Made by a program: the position numbers and the translations under genes. Shown piece by piece: positions 48,009-57,612 of a DNA stretch of 64,000 nucleotides. The notes below the pieces were generated by a model. The model was not told the origin of the DNA, did not search any database, and was given only the letters and a program-made list of their open reading frames with translations. Position 1 is the stretch's first letter. Every line of letters begins with the position of its first letter. The DNA is from Candidatus Altiarchaeota archaeon (lineage in GTDB: Archaea > Altiarchaeota > Altiarchaeia > IMC4 > SCGC-AAA252-I15). The DNA is taken from positions 56,303 through 120,302 of the forward strand of contig JBDRLL010000036.1 in NCBI GenBank assembly GCA_043813075.1, read 5' to 3'.

Positions 48009-49217
48009 ATGATTGGGGACTATTTCACGCTTTCGATGCGGAACATCACGAAGAAGGGTGTCAGGAGCTGGCTGACTATGCTGGGGATATTCGTGGGCAT
48101 AGCCGCGGTAGTCTCCCTCATAAGCCTCGGGCAGGGGATGGAGGATGCGATAATGGAGCAGTTCGAGATGATGGGCTTTGACGTCATCATGATAATGCCG
48201 GGGTCCCAGTACGGCACGAGCTTCGGGTCCTTGAAGCTGACGGACCATGATGAGAAGATTGTTAGGGGCGTTCGTGGAGTGGATGACGTGGCGCCTTTGA
48301 TATCCAAGCTGTCTAAGGTCAGGTTCAAGAAGGAGGTGGAGTACACTTTCGTGAGCGGCGTGCCCTTCGACGACAGGTATCGCGTGTTCGAGAGCATGCA
48401 GGGGCTGGATCTTTCAGCCGGACGGAATCCGCAGCCGTCAGACAAGTACAAGGCGTTGATAGGCTATCTGCTGGGGGAGGGCGAGTTCTTCGGTGATGAG
48501 GCGATTCACGTCGGAGACAAGGTGGAGATAGAGGGCTATGAGTTCAAGGTCGTCGGCATCCTCGGGAAGATAGGCAACGACCAGGACGACTCCCAGTTCC
48601 TCATTCCTGAAGACACTGCTAAGGAGATATTCAATGAAGACGGTTACGACGTGTTCATGGCGAAAGTGAAGGAGGGGTCTGACGTCGAAGAGGTTGCCGA
48701 GGGCATAAGAGTCAAGATGCGGAAGGACAGGGACCAGAAGGAGGGTGAGGAGGACTTCAACGTGCAGACGCCGGAACAGCTGATGGAAAGCGTTGGCGGG
48801 ATACTGAGCGCAGTCGAGACGGTGCTCGTCGGTATCGCGATGATATCACTGATGGTGGGGGGCATAGGGATAATGAACACCATGTACACGAGCGTCCTGG
48901 AGAGGACGAACGAGATAGGGGTGATGAAGGCTATTGGAGCGAGGAACAAGGACATAATGATGATGTTCCTCGTGGAATCCGGCGTGCTGGGGCTGGTCGG
49001 AGGCGGCGTGGGAGTCCTGATAGGGTTAGGCATGGGGAAGACCGTTGAATACTACGCCGCAATAGCATTGCACAATGAGATGCTGAAGGCGAGCACGTCA
49101 CCATACCTCATATTGGGCGCCCTGGCGTTCAGCTTCATAGTCGGATGCGTTTCCGGAGTGATGCCCGCCATGCAGGCCGCGAAACTGAAGCCTGTTGAAG
49201 CCCTGCGCTACGAGTGA
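48009..49217 (+). CDS. ABC transporter permease (MacB/FtsX type) 2
   Basis: Same motifs; ends LKPVEALRYE; ATG 48009 aligns with the permease 1 start. Confidence 0.93.
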   Translation: MIGDYFTLSMRNITKKGVRSWLTMLGIFVGIAAVVSLISLGQGMEDAIMEQFEMMGFDVIMIMPGSQYGTSFGSLKLTDHDEKIVRGVRGVDDVAPLISKLSKVRFKKEVEYTFVSGVPFDDRYRVFESMQGLDLSAGRNPQPSDKYKALIGYLLGEGEFFGDEAIHVGDKVEIEGYEFKVVGILGKIGNDQDDSQFLIPEDTAKEIFNEDGYDVFMAKVKEGSDVEEVAEGIRVKMRKDRDQKEGEEDFNVQTPEQLMESVGGILSAVETVLVGIAMISLMVGGIGIMNTMYTSVLERTNEIGVMKAIGARNKDIMMMFLVESGVLGLVGGGVGVLIGLGMGKTVEYYAAIALHNEMLKASTSPYLILGALAFSFIVGCVSGVMPAMQAAKLKPVEALRYE

Positions 49218-49247
49218 TTTTTTACCGTCCCCTGTTATTTTTAACTG

Positions 49248-50291
49248 ATGAAGAAGTTCAAGTGGGTTCTGGTGGGGGCGGTCTGCCTGGCGATGCTGTA
49301 CCTGATGGTCAGGCCGTTCATCGACGTCCTGATATACAGCGTGTTCGTCTACTATACTACGAGGCCGTTGTATAAGGCGTTGAAGAAGAGGGTGAAGTCG
49401 AAGATGCTGGCAGCCAACATCTCGCTGATCCTGGTGGTGCTGCCGGTGACCATCGTCCTGCTGTATACTGTGGGAGTCGCATCCATCGAGCTGCTTAATC
49501 TCGCGGGACGCCTGGAGATACCGTACTTCGACATAATCAGGAGGATTATAAGCGATTACGCCGTCAGGATAAGGAGCCTCGAGGTCAGCGAGGTGTTTGA
49601 GATAGTCAGGAGCAACCCGGACTTCAAGCAGGTTGGTGACCTGTTGTTCACGCTTAGCGTAAGCACCCTGGACATAGTGTTCCGCCTCTTCCTCGTCTAC
49701 CTGGTGTCCAGCCTGCTGTTGAGGGAGGGTTCCATGCTCTCTTCATGGTGTCTTGACAACATATTCTGCAGTGACACCGACTTGTGCAAGAAGTTCATGG
49801 ACGGCGTCGACAGGGACCTCAAGAGGGTGTTCTACGGGAACATCATCACTGCGGTGGCCATAACCTTCATAGCTGTCGTGTTATTCAGCATACTCAACTC
49901 GCTAAGTCCCGGCGTCAGGATACCGTACCCTGTGCTGCTCAGCATACTATGCGGTTTCGCAAGCCTCATACCGGGGATAGGCGTGGCTGTAGTGTACGCG
50001 CCGGCCGCACTGATTCTCGGAGCCCAGGCGTACTTCAACGGAGTGCTGGCGCAGCAGTGGTGGTTCATACTACTGTTCTTCGCGTCCACCGCCATAATAG
50101 CGGACATAATACCGAACTGGGTTGTGAGGCCGATGCTGTCGAGCAGGGAGATCAATGAGGAGCTGATGCTGTTCGCCTACATCTTCGGGCCTCTCGCGTT
50201 CGGCCTCAGCGGGCTTGTGCTTGGCCCGATAATACTTGTCGTTGCGATGAACTTCGTTAAGACGGTGCTGCCAAGCCTTAACAAGGGCTAG
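49248..50291 (+). CDS. AI-2E (UPF0118/PerM) family transporter
   Basis: YY.TRPLY..L, IP..G, GP..FG..G..LGP. Confidence 0.88.
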   Translation: MKKFKWVLVGAVCLAMLYLMVRPFIDVLIYSVFVYYTTRPLYKALKKRVKSKMLAANISLILVVLPVTIVLLYTVGVASIELLNLAGRLEIPYFDIIRRIISDYAVRIRSLEVSEVFEIVRSNPDFKQVGDLLFTLSVSTLDIVFRLFLVYLVSSLLLREGSMLSSWCLDNIFCSDTDLCKKFMDGVDRDLKRVFYGNIITAVAITFIAVVLFSILNSLSPGVRIPYPVLLSILCGFASLIPGIGVAVVYAPAALILGAQAYFNGVLAQQWWFILLFFASTAIIADIIPNWVVRPMLSSREINEELMLFAYIFGPLAFGLSGLVLGPIILVVAMNFVKTVLPSLNKG

Positions 50292-50725
50292 AGCGTGGTC
50301 TTCCTGGAGGCTGGTATCAGTCCCACCAGTCTTCCGTTGGAATGCTTTGCGGCGCAGATTATGTTCTGGCCTGACTTCACCAGCACTATCCCGTCGAATG
50401 GCTTATGTTCTATCGAGCCTTCCTTGAACAGCGCGTCCGCCTGCTCGTGTGACACGCGCATCACGTTTTTAGTGGCCTTTTCCCCGATGATTTGCGCGCC
50501 CTCTATTGAGGGATGGATTGTCCCCTCTGATAGGTCTCCTATGTGGAGTCCGATCCAGCTCTGCCTCAGGCAGGGTGGTTCGCCGCCCGCGTAGAGGAAT
50601 AGGCGGGTGCTCTTCTTCTGAAGTCTCGAGTAGAGGCGGCCTTCCAGTGTTATCGCGCACCCGAACTGTGCTTCAATCACGCGGTATAATTCCCCAGCCC
50701 CGTCGTATTCCACTGGGTCATCCAT
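50288..50725 (-). CDS. NIP7/PUA-like partner of the m5C methyltransferase
   Basis: GLHIG......PSIEGAQ.IG..A.KN; C-terminal IP..R; overlaps the RsmB-family gene. Confidence 0.7.
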   Translation of the reverse strand: MDDPVEYDGAGELYRVIEAQFGCAITLEGRLYSRLQKKSTRLFLYAGGEPPCLRQSWIGLHIGDLSEGTIHPSIEGAQIIGEKATKNVMRVSHEQADALFKEGSIEHKPFDGIVLVKSGQNIICAAKHSNGRLVGLIPASRKTTL

Positions 50726-51611
50726 TCTTCACCACCTTCGCTATGTAGAAGCAGCCGGTGTCGTTGTGCTGCGGCATGATCCTCATGGACTTCCCCGCCT
50801 TGTCTGTTAGTCCTTTAGAGTGATTGAGTCCGTCCAGCTTAACTTCAGCGAGTTCAGCCCCTTCCTCGGAGAGTACGTGTTCGACTACGTGCTCGTTCTC
50901 CTCGAGCGTGGTCGTGCACGTGCTGTAGACCATGACTCCCCCAGGCTTCAGCATGCCGTAGGCTGCTGACGCCATCTTCTTCTGTAGGGCTGATAACGCC
51001 CGCACCCACTCCATATCCCATTTGTCGAATATCTGCGGGTTCTTCCTGGCTGTGCCCACGTCGCTGCATGGGGCGTCGACCAGTATCCTGTCGAACTCCA
51101 TGCCCCTCCCGGAGAGCCTGACCCCGTCGTTCTGGGTTATTACGGCGTTTCTGACTCCCGACTTCTGGATGCTGTAGACGAGGGCTCTTATGCGCCTGAC
51201 GTTGTTGTCGTTCGCCACCAGGGTCCCGGTGTTCCGCATCAGCTGGGCTATGTGAGTTGACTTCCCGCCGGGCGCAGCGCACATGTCCAGCACCCGCTCC
51301 CCCGGCTGGGGGTCGAGCGCCAGCACAGGTATCATCGAGTCAGCGGACTGTATGTAGAAGAAGCCGAGCTGGTGCTCTAGGAAGTCCAGGCCGAGCTGGC
51401 TCACCCAGAGGCCGTCACTGCACCATGGTATGCTGCCGTAGTCCACCCGCCTCTTACGGAGTATCCGCTCGACTTCTGTGAGGCTGCTCTTCAGCGTGTT
51501 GACGCGGACAGAGTATCTTGCTGGTGGACGCTGTATGTAGTCCATGAAGCCCCGGTAGTCGCGGCCGAGGATTCCCTGATGGTATGTCTTGAATGACTTG
51601 GAGGGGGGCAT
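50718..51611 (-). CDS. RsmB/NOP2-family RNA m5C methyltransferase
   Basis: RVNTLK, LDMCAAPGGKS, DAPCS, YSTCT...ENE; likely start ATG 51611. Confidence 0.93.
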   Translation of the reverse strand: MPPSKSFKTYHQGILGRDYRGFMDYIQRPPARYSVRVNTLKSSLTEVERILRKRRVDYGSIPWCSDGLWVSQLGLDFLEHQLGFFYIQSADSMIPVLALDPQPGERVLDMCAAPGGKSTHIAQLMRNTGTLVANDNNVRRIRALVYSIQKSGVRNAVITQNDGVRLSGRGMEFDRILVDAPCSDVGTARKNPQIFDKWDMEWVRALSALQKKMASAAYGMLKPGGVMVYSTCTTTLEENEHVVEHVLSEEGAELAEVKLDGLNHSKGLTDKAGKSMRIMPQHNDTGCFYIAKVVKNG

Positions 51612-51636
51612 AAGAATAGAATAGCATCGCATACTT

Positions 51637-52473
51637 TTATTTGCCCCACAACTCCTTTCGGCGTGCTTCAAGGAGGTTGTCTTCAACACCCACGTATTCT
51701 GCCGCAGTCCGTGGGATTCCCGTGGAGTATATGCGTGGCATCCGCTCCCTATGCTTCAAGTCCCTTAGCAGGTGGTGTTCTAGTATTAGCATGCATCCGG
51801 TCTCATCCAGTATTTCGAGCAGGTTGCATTCAGCCTTCATCAGGTTGGCTTGGCTGAACTTGTATCCCAGAAAGTATGTGGGCGGCCCGTCCATCACCAG
51901 TAGAGTTGGCTTGGAATCGATTATCCAGTCTCTGGCGGCATCGTCGACCGGACCCTGCGCGTCGCTCGCGTGCACCAGCACGTCGTTGCCGTGGCTTATA
52001 CTGCACATGATGACGTAGCCGAGCCTGATTCCGGGAGGGCCGTGGGGTGCAGGCGGGCTGAATTCTATTTTGACGTCGCCGAAGCTGAATGACCTGCCGT
52101 CCGCGTACTCGAGGCTGCGTGAGTCCGGCAGCTGTTGGGCGAAGTATCTCCCCCGCTCGGCCTGGCTCTTGTTTATCATGGAGCATATGTCTTTGGCGAG
52201 GACTTTCTTTCCGTTGTAGAACGACTCCCCGGGATCATGGTGGTCGTAGTGGTAGTGGGTGATTGCGAGTATGTCGGACTTCGAGGCATAGTCGTGAATC
52301 CTCTTCTTCGCCACAGCCAGCGCGTCCAGCTCCATCTGGTGTGGGGGGAGGCCGTAACGGAGGGGGCCGAGGGCTGCGCTGGGGTCTATTGTGATCCGGC
52401 AGCCTCCAGCCTCCACGTGGGTGGCCATGCTGCGGACGCCCATGCTCTCGAAGGCGAGTGGGGTTACTTTCAC
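51637..52473 (-). CDS. MBL-fold metallo-hydrolase (UPF0282-like)
   Basis: ESMGVRSM, THYHYDHH, SDAQGP, HHLLRD; GTG start 52473 overlaps the upstream stop. Confidence 0.88.
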   Translation of the reverse strand: MKVTPLAFESMGVRSMATHVEAGGCRITIDPSAALGPLRYGLPPHQMELDALAVAKKRIHDYASKSDILAITHYHYDHHDPGESFYNGKKVLAKDICSMINKSQAERGRYFAQQLPDSRSLEYADGRSFSFGDVKIEFSPPAPHGPPGIRLGYVIMCSISHGNDVLVHASDAQGPVDDAARDWIIDSKPTLLVMDGPPTYFLGYKFSQANLMKAECNLLEILDETGCMLILEHHLLRDLKHRERMPRIYSTGIPRTAAEYVGVEDNLLEARRKELWGK

Positions 52474-52691
52474 TTTCTTGCGGTGTTGAATCCCAGGAGG
52501 ACGTAGGGCGTGCAGTGCCTGGTCAGGCTGGTGAATATCCCGGCAAACGCTATGAGCGCCAGGATCCATGTGACCGGCGGCTTGGACAGTCCTAGTGCGA
52601 GCGCGATCATCGCCAGTGTTCCGGCGAGTGCGCGCACCATCAGGTCGTAGCCTCCCACATTCTCTTTTGCGAGTAGTTCCGTCAGTTTCAT
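52470..52691 (-). CDS. DUF2892/YgaP-like small membrane protein
   Basis: NVG..D...R...G and C..Y.LLG.NT motifs. Confidence 0.85.
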   Translation of the reverse strand: MKLTELLAKENVGGYDLMVRALAGTLAMIALALGLSKPPVTWILALIAFAGIFTSLTRHCTPYVLLGFNTARK

Positions 52692-52733
52692 GGTTACGTA
52701 TGGTTGCTGTGGGATATAAAGAGGATTTGCGGG

Positions 52734-53336
52734 TTATAGTGTCTTGAATGCGTTGATGGAGAATGCTGCTGTTGACGCGAGCAGGGTGGTTCCGTCGGAG
52801 ACTGGGTTGATGTTCCTAAGAGCGCCGCCGTCGGAGAAGTAGTCCGAGGTGAATGCGTATTCCAGGAAGAATGAGAGTGTTGATATCACACGGCCGAGGT
52901 GGACGGCATTGCCTGGGGGATCGCTGCCGATGAAGAGGTTCACTCCTTCCGGGACTCCGGTGGTCAACAACAGTAGGTTAAGGTGTGTGTTACTGCTACG
53001 ACACTCGTCCTCAATTCTCTTTAACCCATCAACCCCTACGAGGTGGAATGCGTCCGGCGGCTCAAAGCCGTATTTCACGCCTTCGATCACGTCCATCAGC
53101 TGGAAGACTGTGGAGGCGACTCCTTGCGGGTCGTTGAAATCAATTTTCTCACGGAGGCGGGCGACGTGTTCGGCCGCGCCGGCGACGGTTTCCACGTTGA
53201 TGGAGGCTAGACGTCTGGCTAGCGGTAGTGGCGAGGGTCTTGTCTCAATGTTCCTGCTCTCGGTTGCGAGCCTTATCTTTGTTTTCGTGAGTCCGAAGAG
53301 CTTTTTAACACCGCGTTTTACGTGCCTGTCCACCAC
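52734..53336 (-). CDS. Hypothetical protein
   Basis: 200-aa ORF divergent from infB; no motif recognised. Confidence 0.65.
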   Translation of the reverse strand: MVDRHVKRGVKKLFGLTKTKIRLATESRNIETRPSPLPLARRLASINVETVAGAAEHVARLREKIDFNDPQGVASTVFQLMDVIEGVKYGFEPPDAFHLVGVDGLKRIEDECRSSNTHLNLLLLTTGVPEGVNLFIGSDPPGNAVHLGRVISTLSFFLEYAFTSDYFSDGGALRNINPVSDGTTLLASTAAFSINAFKTL

Positions 53337-53368
53337 TTTTTTATGGTAATATACCGTAAATATATGCT

Positions 53369-55096
53369 ATGGCGGTCACTAGGGAGCCTATAATCTCGGT
53401 TTTGGGGCATGTGGACCATGGTAAGACCACTATACTCGACTTCATCAGGGAGAGTGTGATCGCGTCCAGGGAGGCGGGCGGCATAACCCAGCACATAGGG
53501 GCCACAGACATCCCCTTTGAAGTGATCGAGAGGGTGTGCGGTAAGACTTTGGACAAGAGCAGGATAAGGATTCCAATAAGAGGCCTGCTTTTCATAGACA
53601 CTCCAGGGCATGAGGCTTTCACGAACCTTAGGAAGCGCGGGGGGAATGTCGCAGACCTTGCGATACTGGTTGTGGACATAAACGAGGGTTTGATGCCTCA
53701 GACGCTCGAGTCCATTGAGATACTCAAGCAGTATAAGACGCCTTTCATAATCGCGGCCAACAAGATAGACGCGATAAGGGGGTGGATGGATGACGTCCCC
53801 TTCAAGAGCCAGCATGAGGGCGTTAGGAAGGAGTTCAACGACAAGTTCTACAGGCTTGTGGGCGACATGTCCATGAGGGGTCTTGAGTGCGAGATGTATG
53901 ATAGGATATCGGACTTCACGAAGCAGATTGCGGTGATACCTGTCTCAGGCAAGACTGGGGAGGGCATACCAGGGCTTCTGAAGGTGCTGATAGGCCTGGC
54001 CCAGACATACCTGGCGAAAGAGCTGTCTGTGGAGATAACAACGCCGGCGAAAGGCACGATACTGGAGGTCAAGGAGACAAAAGGGTTAGGCACTACAGTG
54101 GATGCGATAATCTACGACGGCATAATCAGGGTGAACGACATGATAGTGGTCGGCGCGAGGGAGCCGATAGTGACGAAGGTGAAGGCCCTGCTGAGGCCGA
54201 GGGCGCTGGACGAGATGCGGGATCCTAGGAAGCAGTTCAAGCACGCTAAGGAGGTTTACGCTGCTTCGGGCGTTAAGATAGTCGCCCAGGGCCTGGAGGA
54301 TGCGCTGCCCGGGGGGCCAGTCTACGTCGGGGGTCAGGAGCTGGTGGAGAAGGTTAGGGAGGAGATAGGGGAGATAGAGTTCAGCAAGGATTCGGTGGGC
54401 GTCGTCATTAAAGCGGATACGCTGGGCACCCTGGAGGCCCTGGTTAAGATACTCACAGCCAACAAGATTCCGGTGAGACGCGGCGGCATAGGCAAGGTCT
54501 CGAGGAGTGATATTGTGGAGGCCGAGTCCGTGTCGCAGAACAACAAGTATCTCGGTGTCGTGATGGCGTTCAACTCTGAGGTCCTGCCTGCGGCGGATGC
54601 GACGGCGACCGACAGGAACGTGAAGGTCATTGAGGGCAAGGTCATATACAGCCTCATCGAGGACTATGAGAAGTGGGTTGAGGAGCAGAAGGCTGCCGAC
54701 AAGGCGGAGATGGTGAAGACGGTGGCCACCCCCTGCAAGTTCAGGATACTGAAAGCCCACACCTTCAGGCAGAGCAAGCCTGCGATAGTGGGTGTTGAAG
54801 TCCTCGCCGGAACCCTGCATGTGGGAAGCAGGCTGCTGCGGGATGACGGGAAAGTCTTCGGGAAGATCAGGGGCATGCAGGAGTCTGGGGAGAAGATTGA
54901 CGAAGCCAAGGCGGGGGATAGGATAGCGGTATCCATTGACAGCGTCATGGTGGGCAGGCACTTCAATGAGGATGACACGCTATACACGTTCATATCCATG
55001 GAGGACTTCGATGCGTTGAAGCAGACGGAGTTGAGTGATGAGGAGAAGCAGATACTCCGGGAAGTGAGGGAGATAAAGAAAAAGAGGAGTATGTGA
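53369..55096 (+). CDS. infB: Translation initiation factor aIF5B (IF-2)
   Basis: GHVDHGKT, EAGGITQHIGA, DTPGHEAF, NKID, KADTLGTLEA. Confidence 0.96.
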   Translation: MAVTREPIISVLGHVDHGKTTILDFIRESVIASREAGGITQHIGATDIPFEVIERVCGKTLDKSRIRIPIRGLLFIDTPGHEAFTNLRKRGGNVADLAILVVDINEGLMPQTLESIEILKQYKTPFIIAANKIDAIRGWMDDVPFKSQHEGVRKEFNDKFYRLVGDMSMRGLECEMYDRISDFTKQIAVIPVSGKTGEGIPGLLKVLIGLAQTYLAKELSVEITTPAKGTILEVKETKGLGTTVDAIIYDGIIRVNDMIVVGAREPIVTKVKALLRPRALDEMRDPRKQFKHAKEVYAASGVKIVAQGLEDALPGGPVYVGGQELVEKVREEIGEIEFSKDSVGVVIKADTLGTLEALVKILTANKIPVRRGGIGKVSRSDIVEAESVSQNNKYLGVVMAFNSEVLPAADATATDRNVKVIEGKVIYSLIEDYEKWVEEQKAADKAEMVKTVATPCKFRILKAHTFRQSKPAIVGVEVLAGTLHVGSRLLRDDGKVFGKIRGMQESGEKIDEAKAGDRIAVSIDSVMVGRHFNEDDTLYTFISMEDFDALKQTELSDEEKQILREVREIKKKRSM

Positions 55097-55365
55097 TGGG
55101 CCAGGGATACGATTTTGAGACGCGGAGGGTCATAGAGGAGATAAGGAAGTCCGGCCACGCCAGGGTTGGACTCCAGTTTCCTGAGGGCTTGAAGCAGCAT
55201 GCCTTGGAGATAGCGTCTGAGATAGAGTCTGAGACCGGTGTTGAAGTCGTTATAATGACTGACCAGACCTACGGCGCCTGCGACGTCAAGAGTAGTCAGG
55301 CTGAGAAGATGGGTCTTGACTTGCTGGTGCACTACGGCCACACAAGGCTGATGCCTGGGGACTAG
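55096..55365 (+). CDS. Dph2 N-terminal domain only (short or split diphthamide synthesis protein)
   Basis: LQFPEGLK, TYGACD, LVHYGH; ends after about 90 aa against the convergent ftsZ. Confidence 0.85.
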   Translation: MGQGYDFETRRVIEEIRKSGHARVGLQFPEGLKQHALEIASEIESETGVEVVIMTDQTYGACDVKSSQAEKMGLDLLVHYGHTRLMPGD

Positions 55366-56444
55366 AGGAATCCTATCCCGAGGTCGTCGTTTTCCTCTTC
55401 CTCCCCGAAGAGTTTGCCGTTGCCGCCGTGGCCTATTATGTTTGGGGACTTCACGCCGGTGACTATGCTGATGACTTCCAGACGGTCCTCGATGTTGGGG
55501 TTGAGCCTGGCGCCCCACATCACGTTGGCGCTGTCGTCGAACTGGCTTGTGAGCCTCTCGCCGACCGCGTTCGCCTCTCCTATTGTCATGTCAGGGCCGC
55601 CGGTTATGTGTATTAGAGCTCCCTTAGCGCCCCGGTAGTCGACGTCCAATAACGGGTGGTCGAGCGTGTTCCTTACCGCCACTTCCACCTTGTCAGGGCC
55701 TTCACCGTCTCCTACGCTGATGACGGAGACGTTGCCGCCGCCGAGCACAGCCTTTATGTCAGCGAAGTCCAGGTTCACGAGGCTCGGCTCCTTTATGGTC
55801 TCTGTTATGCCCTTGACTGCGCGGGAGACTATCTCGTCTGCCACGAGGAAGGCCTTGTCTATCGGAAGGTTCGGCACGTATTCAACAAGCTTGTTGTTGT
55901 CTATCACGACTACGGTGTCTGCGACCTTCCTCAGGCGTTGTATGCCCTCCTTGGCTTTTATGAGCCTCGACCTCTCGAGCTTGAATGGGAATGTTACTAT
56001 GCCGACGACTATCGCGCCAACCTCCTTCGCAGCCTCCGCTATCACCGCCGACGAGCCCGTGCCCGTGCCCCCGCCCATGCCTGCGGTCAGGAACACTAGG
56101 TGGCTGCCTTCAAGAAGGTTGACTATCTCGCTCCTGCTGGCTTCAGCGGACTTCATCCCTATCTCCGGGAATCCGCCGGCACCGAGGCCGCGAGTCATCT
56201 TCGCTCCTATAAGGACTTTCGTTATCCTCTCGTCAAGCTTCTTCAAGTCCTGCGCGTCTGTGTTGCAGGCTATCAGCTCGGCCCCCGATACTCCGATGCG
56301 GCATAGGCGGTTTACGGTGTTGCCTCCGCCTCCGCCCGCGCCTACGACAACAATCTTAAGGCGGCTGGCGTCTTCATAGTAGTCTTCGGATGGGCCCTCA
56401 AAAACGGATCCTACCCCTGGTCTGAACAGTGTTTCAGGCTGCAT
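55362..56444 (-). CDS. ftsZ: Cell division GTPase FtsZ (probably FtsZ2 clade)
   Basis: GAGGGGGNT, NTDAQ, GMGGGTGTG, NLDFAD. Confidence 0.96.
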   Translation of the reverse strand: MQPETLFRPGVGSVFEGPSEDYYEDASRLKIVVVGAGGGGGNTVNRLCRIGVSGAELIACNTDAQDLKKLDERITKVLIGAKMTRGLGAGGFPEIGMKSAEASRSEIVNLLEGSHLVFLTAGMGGGTGTGSSAVIAEAAKEVGAIVVGIVTFPFKLERSRLIKAKEGIQRLRKVADTVVVIDNNKLVEYVPNLPIDKAFLVADEIVSRAVKGITETIKEPSLVNLDFADIKAVLGGGNVSVISVGDGEGPDKVEVAVRNTLDHPLLDVDYRGAKGALIHITGGPDMTIGEANAVGERLTSQFDDSANVMWGARLNPNIEDRLEVISIVTGVKSPNIIGHGGNGKLFGEEEENDDLGIGFL

Positions 56445-56524
56445 GTATTAGTACACCTCATGGATTACCCCTCCCAACCTCGGTTAATGATTACGTTAGA
56501 GTAATATAAAAGATAGAATATTGT

Positions 56525-56776
56525 TCAATCGTATTCCCTTAGCGTGCTCTGCTCTGTCTCGTCCCTGCATAGGTGGCAGAATCTGAGTCCGTCTTCCTCG
56601 GCGTCCCTGCGCCGGACGTAGTGTTTCTTGTTCTTCCCGAGTATCTTGCGCATGTAGAAGCAGTTTGAGCCGGTCTTATGGTACAGCTGGTGTGTGGACT
56701 GGCTGCTTGAAACGTATTTCCCCCCGGAACCCGTGAGTTTCCGGAGTATCCTCGTTATCAGCGAGATCACGCCCAC
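56525..56776 (-). CDS. Small protein with Ada-like metal-binding domain (start uncertain)
   Basis: YVSS...YH....C.Y...I...N..Y.....A...G.R.C..C pattern; GTG 56776 avoids overlap with the upstream gene. Confidence 0.6.
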   Translation of the reverse strand: MGVISLITRILRKLTGSGGKYVSSSQSTHQLYHKTGSNCFYMRKILGKNKKHYVRRRDAEEDGLRFCHLCRDETEQSTLREYD

Positions 56777-56822
56777 CGGACACACCCCGTATAGAGAATG
56801 GTCTTTAGTGGTTATTAATGCC

Positions 56823-57191
56823 TTAATCGCAGCCCAGTAGGGAGAGTGTCTCACCCCAGTCCTTGAATCGTATCGCCCTGTCGTCTATGTAGTACATGGC
56901 GTAGGGCTTGTCTAGGACGAGCTCGTCGTATGGTATGTCGTGCATCTCCAGCCACCTCTGGGTGACGATCCTCTTGTCCTCGCCCCTCGCGGTGTGGAGT
57001 ATTATCCGGTACTTCGTCTTCAGCTTTCTTAGGGCGGCGGCGACATCCCGTCTTATGGGGCAGAGCAGATAGTTCCTAGTCTCCAAGTCTTCGTGCCTGC
57101 ATCGCCGGCATCCCCTGAAGTCTGTGAGCACCCCGTCAACGTCCACGGCTATCGCAGACTTCTCGACTATGTTCTCGTACATCACCTTCAA
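56823..57191 (-). CDS. Small HAD-superfamily phosphatase
   Basis: AVDVDGVL, HTAR, KP, YIDDRA. Confidence 0.85.
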   Translation of the reverse strand: MKVMYENIVEKSAIAVDVDGVLTDFRGCRRCRHEDLETRNYLLCPIRRDVAAALRKLKTKYRIILHTARGEDKRIVTQRWLEMHDIPYDELVLDKPYAMYYIDDRAIRFKDWGETLSLLGCD

Positions 57192-57359
57192 TCACCTTCC
57201 CGCACCCTGGAGTCTCGTGGGCCTTATGACCACTGGTTCTTCCCTCTGGACCAGCTTCTGCGCTTTATCCTGGATGGAGTTGAATACTCCTGAAACGGTC
57301 CCCAGCCTGAGAATCTTCGTCAGGTAGAATGCTACCTGCACCAGTACTGTTGGATCCAT
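57192..57359 (-). CDS. Small hypothetical protein (55 aa, MDPTVLVQVAFYLTKILRLG...)
   Basis: Purine-rich GGGAGGG upstream of ATG 57359; stop abuts the HAD start. Confidence 0.55.
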   Translation of the reverse strand: MDPTVLVQVAFYLTKILRLGTVSGVFNSIQDKAQKLVQREEPVVIRPTRLQGAGR

Positions 57360-57382
57360 CTTCAACCGTACCCTCCCTTTTC

Positions 57383-57457
57383 TTATGCCAGGAGTCTCGC
57401 GAGACTCCAAAGGTAAAACATCATCTCGAATGCGTTTAGGACAGCTATCTTGTCCAT
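57383..57457 (-). CDS. Putative 24-aa hydrophobic peptide MDKIAVLNAFEMMFYLWSLARLLA
   Basis: GGAGGTG Shine-Dalgarno (+ strand 57465-71) 7 nt before ATG; resembles the N-terminus of the next ORF. Confidence 0.5.
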   Translation of the reverse strand: MDKIAVLNAFEMMFYLWSLARLLA

Positions 57458-57612
57458 TGCCATCCACCTCCCCGTTTTTTTGTCCGCCTGGTCCTTCCCG
57501 TGAATTACTTTTTACAGCATCACCTCCACTGTTTTCCCTATGTTCATATTGAATAACCCTAAGCATAAGGTTGAGGGGAATATTGTGTTAGAATAGGGAT
57601 AGAACCGGGTTA

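Noticed and set aside
53369-55096. Intein in aIF5B
   Set aside because: Normal length and uninterrupted G-domain motifs
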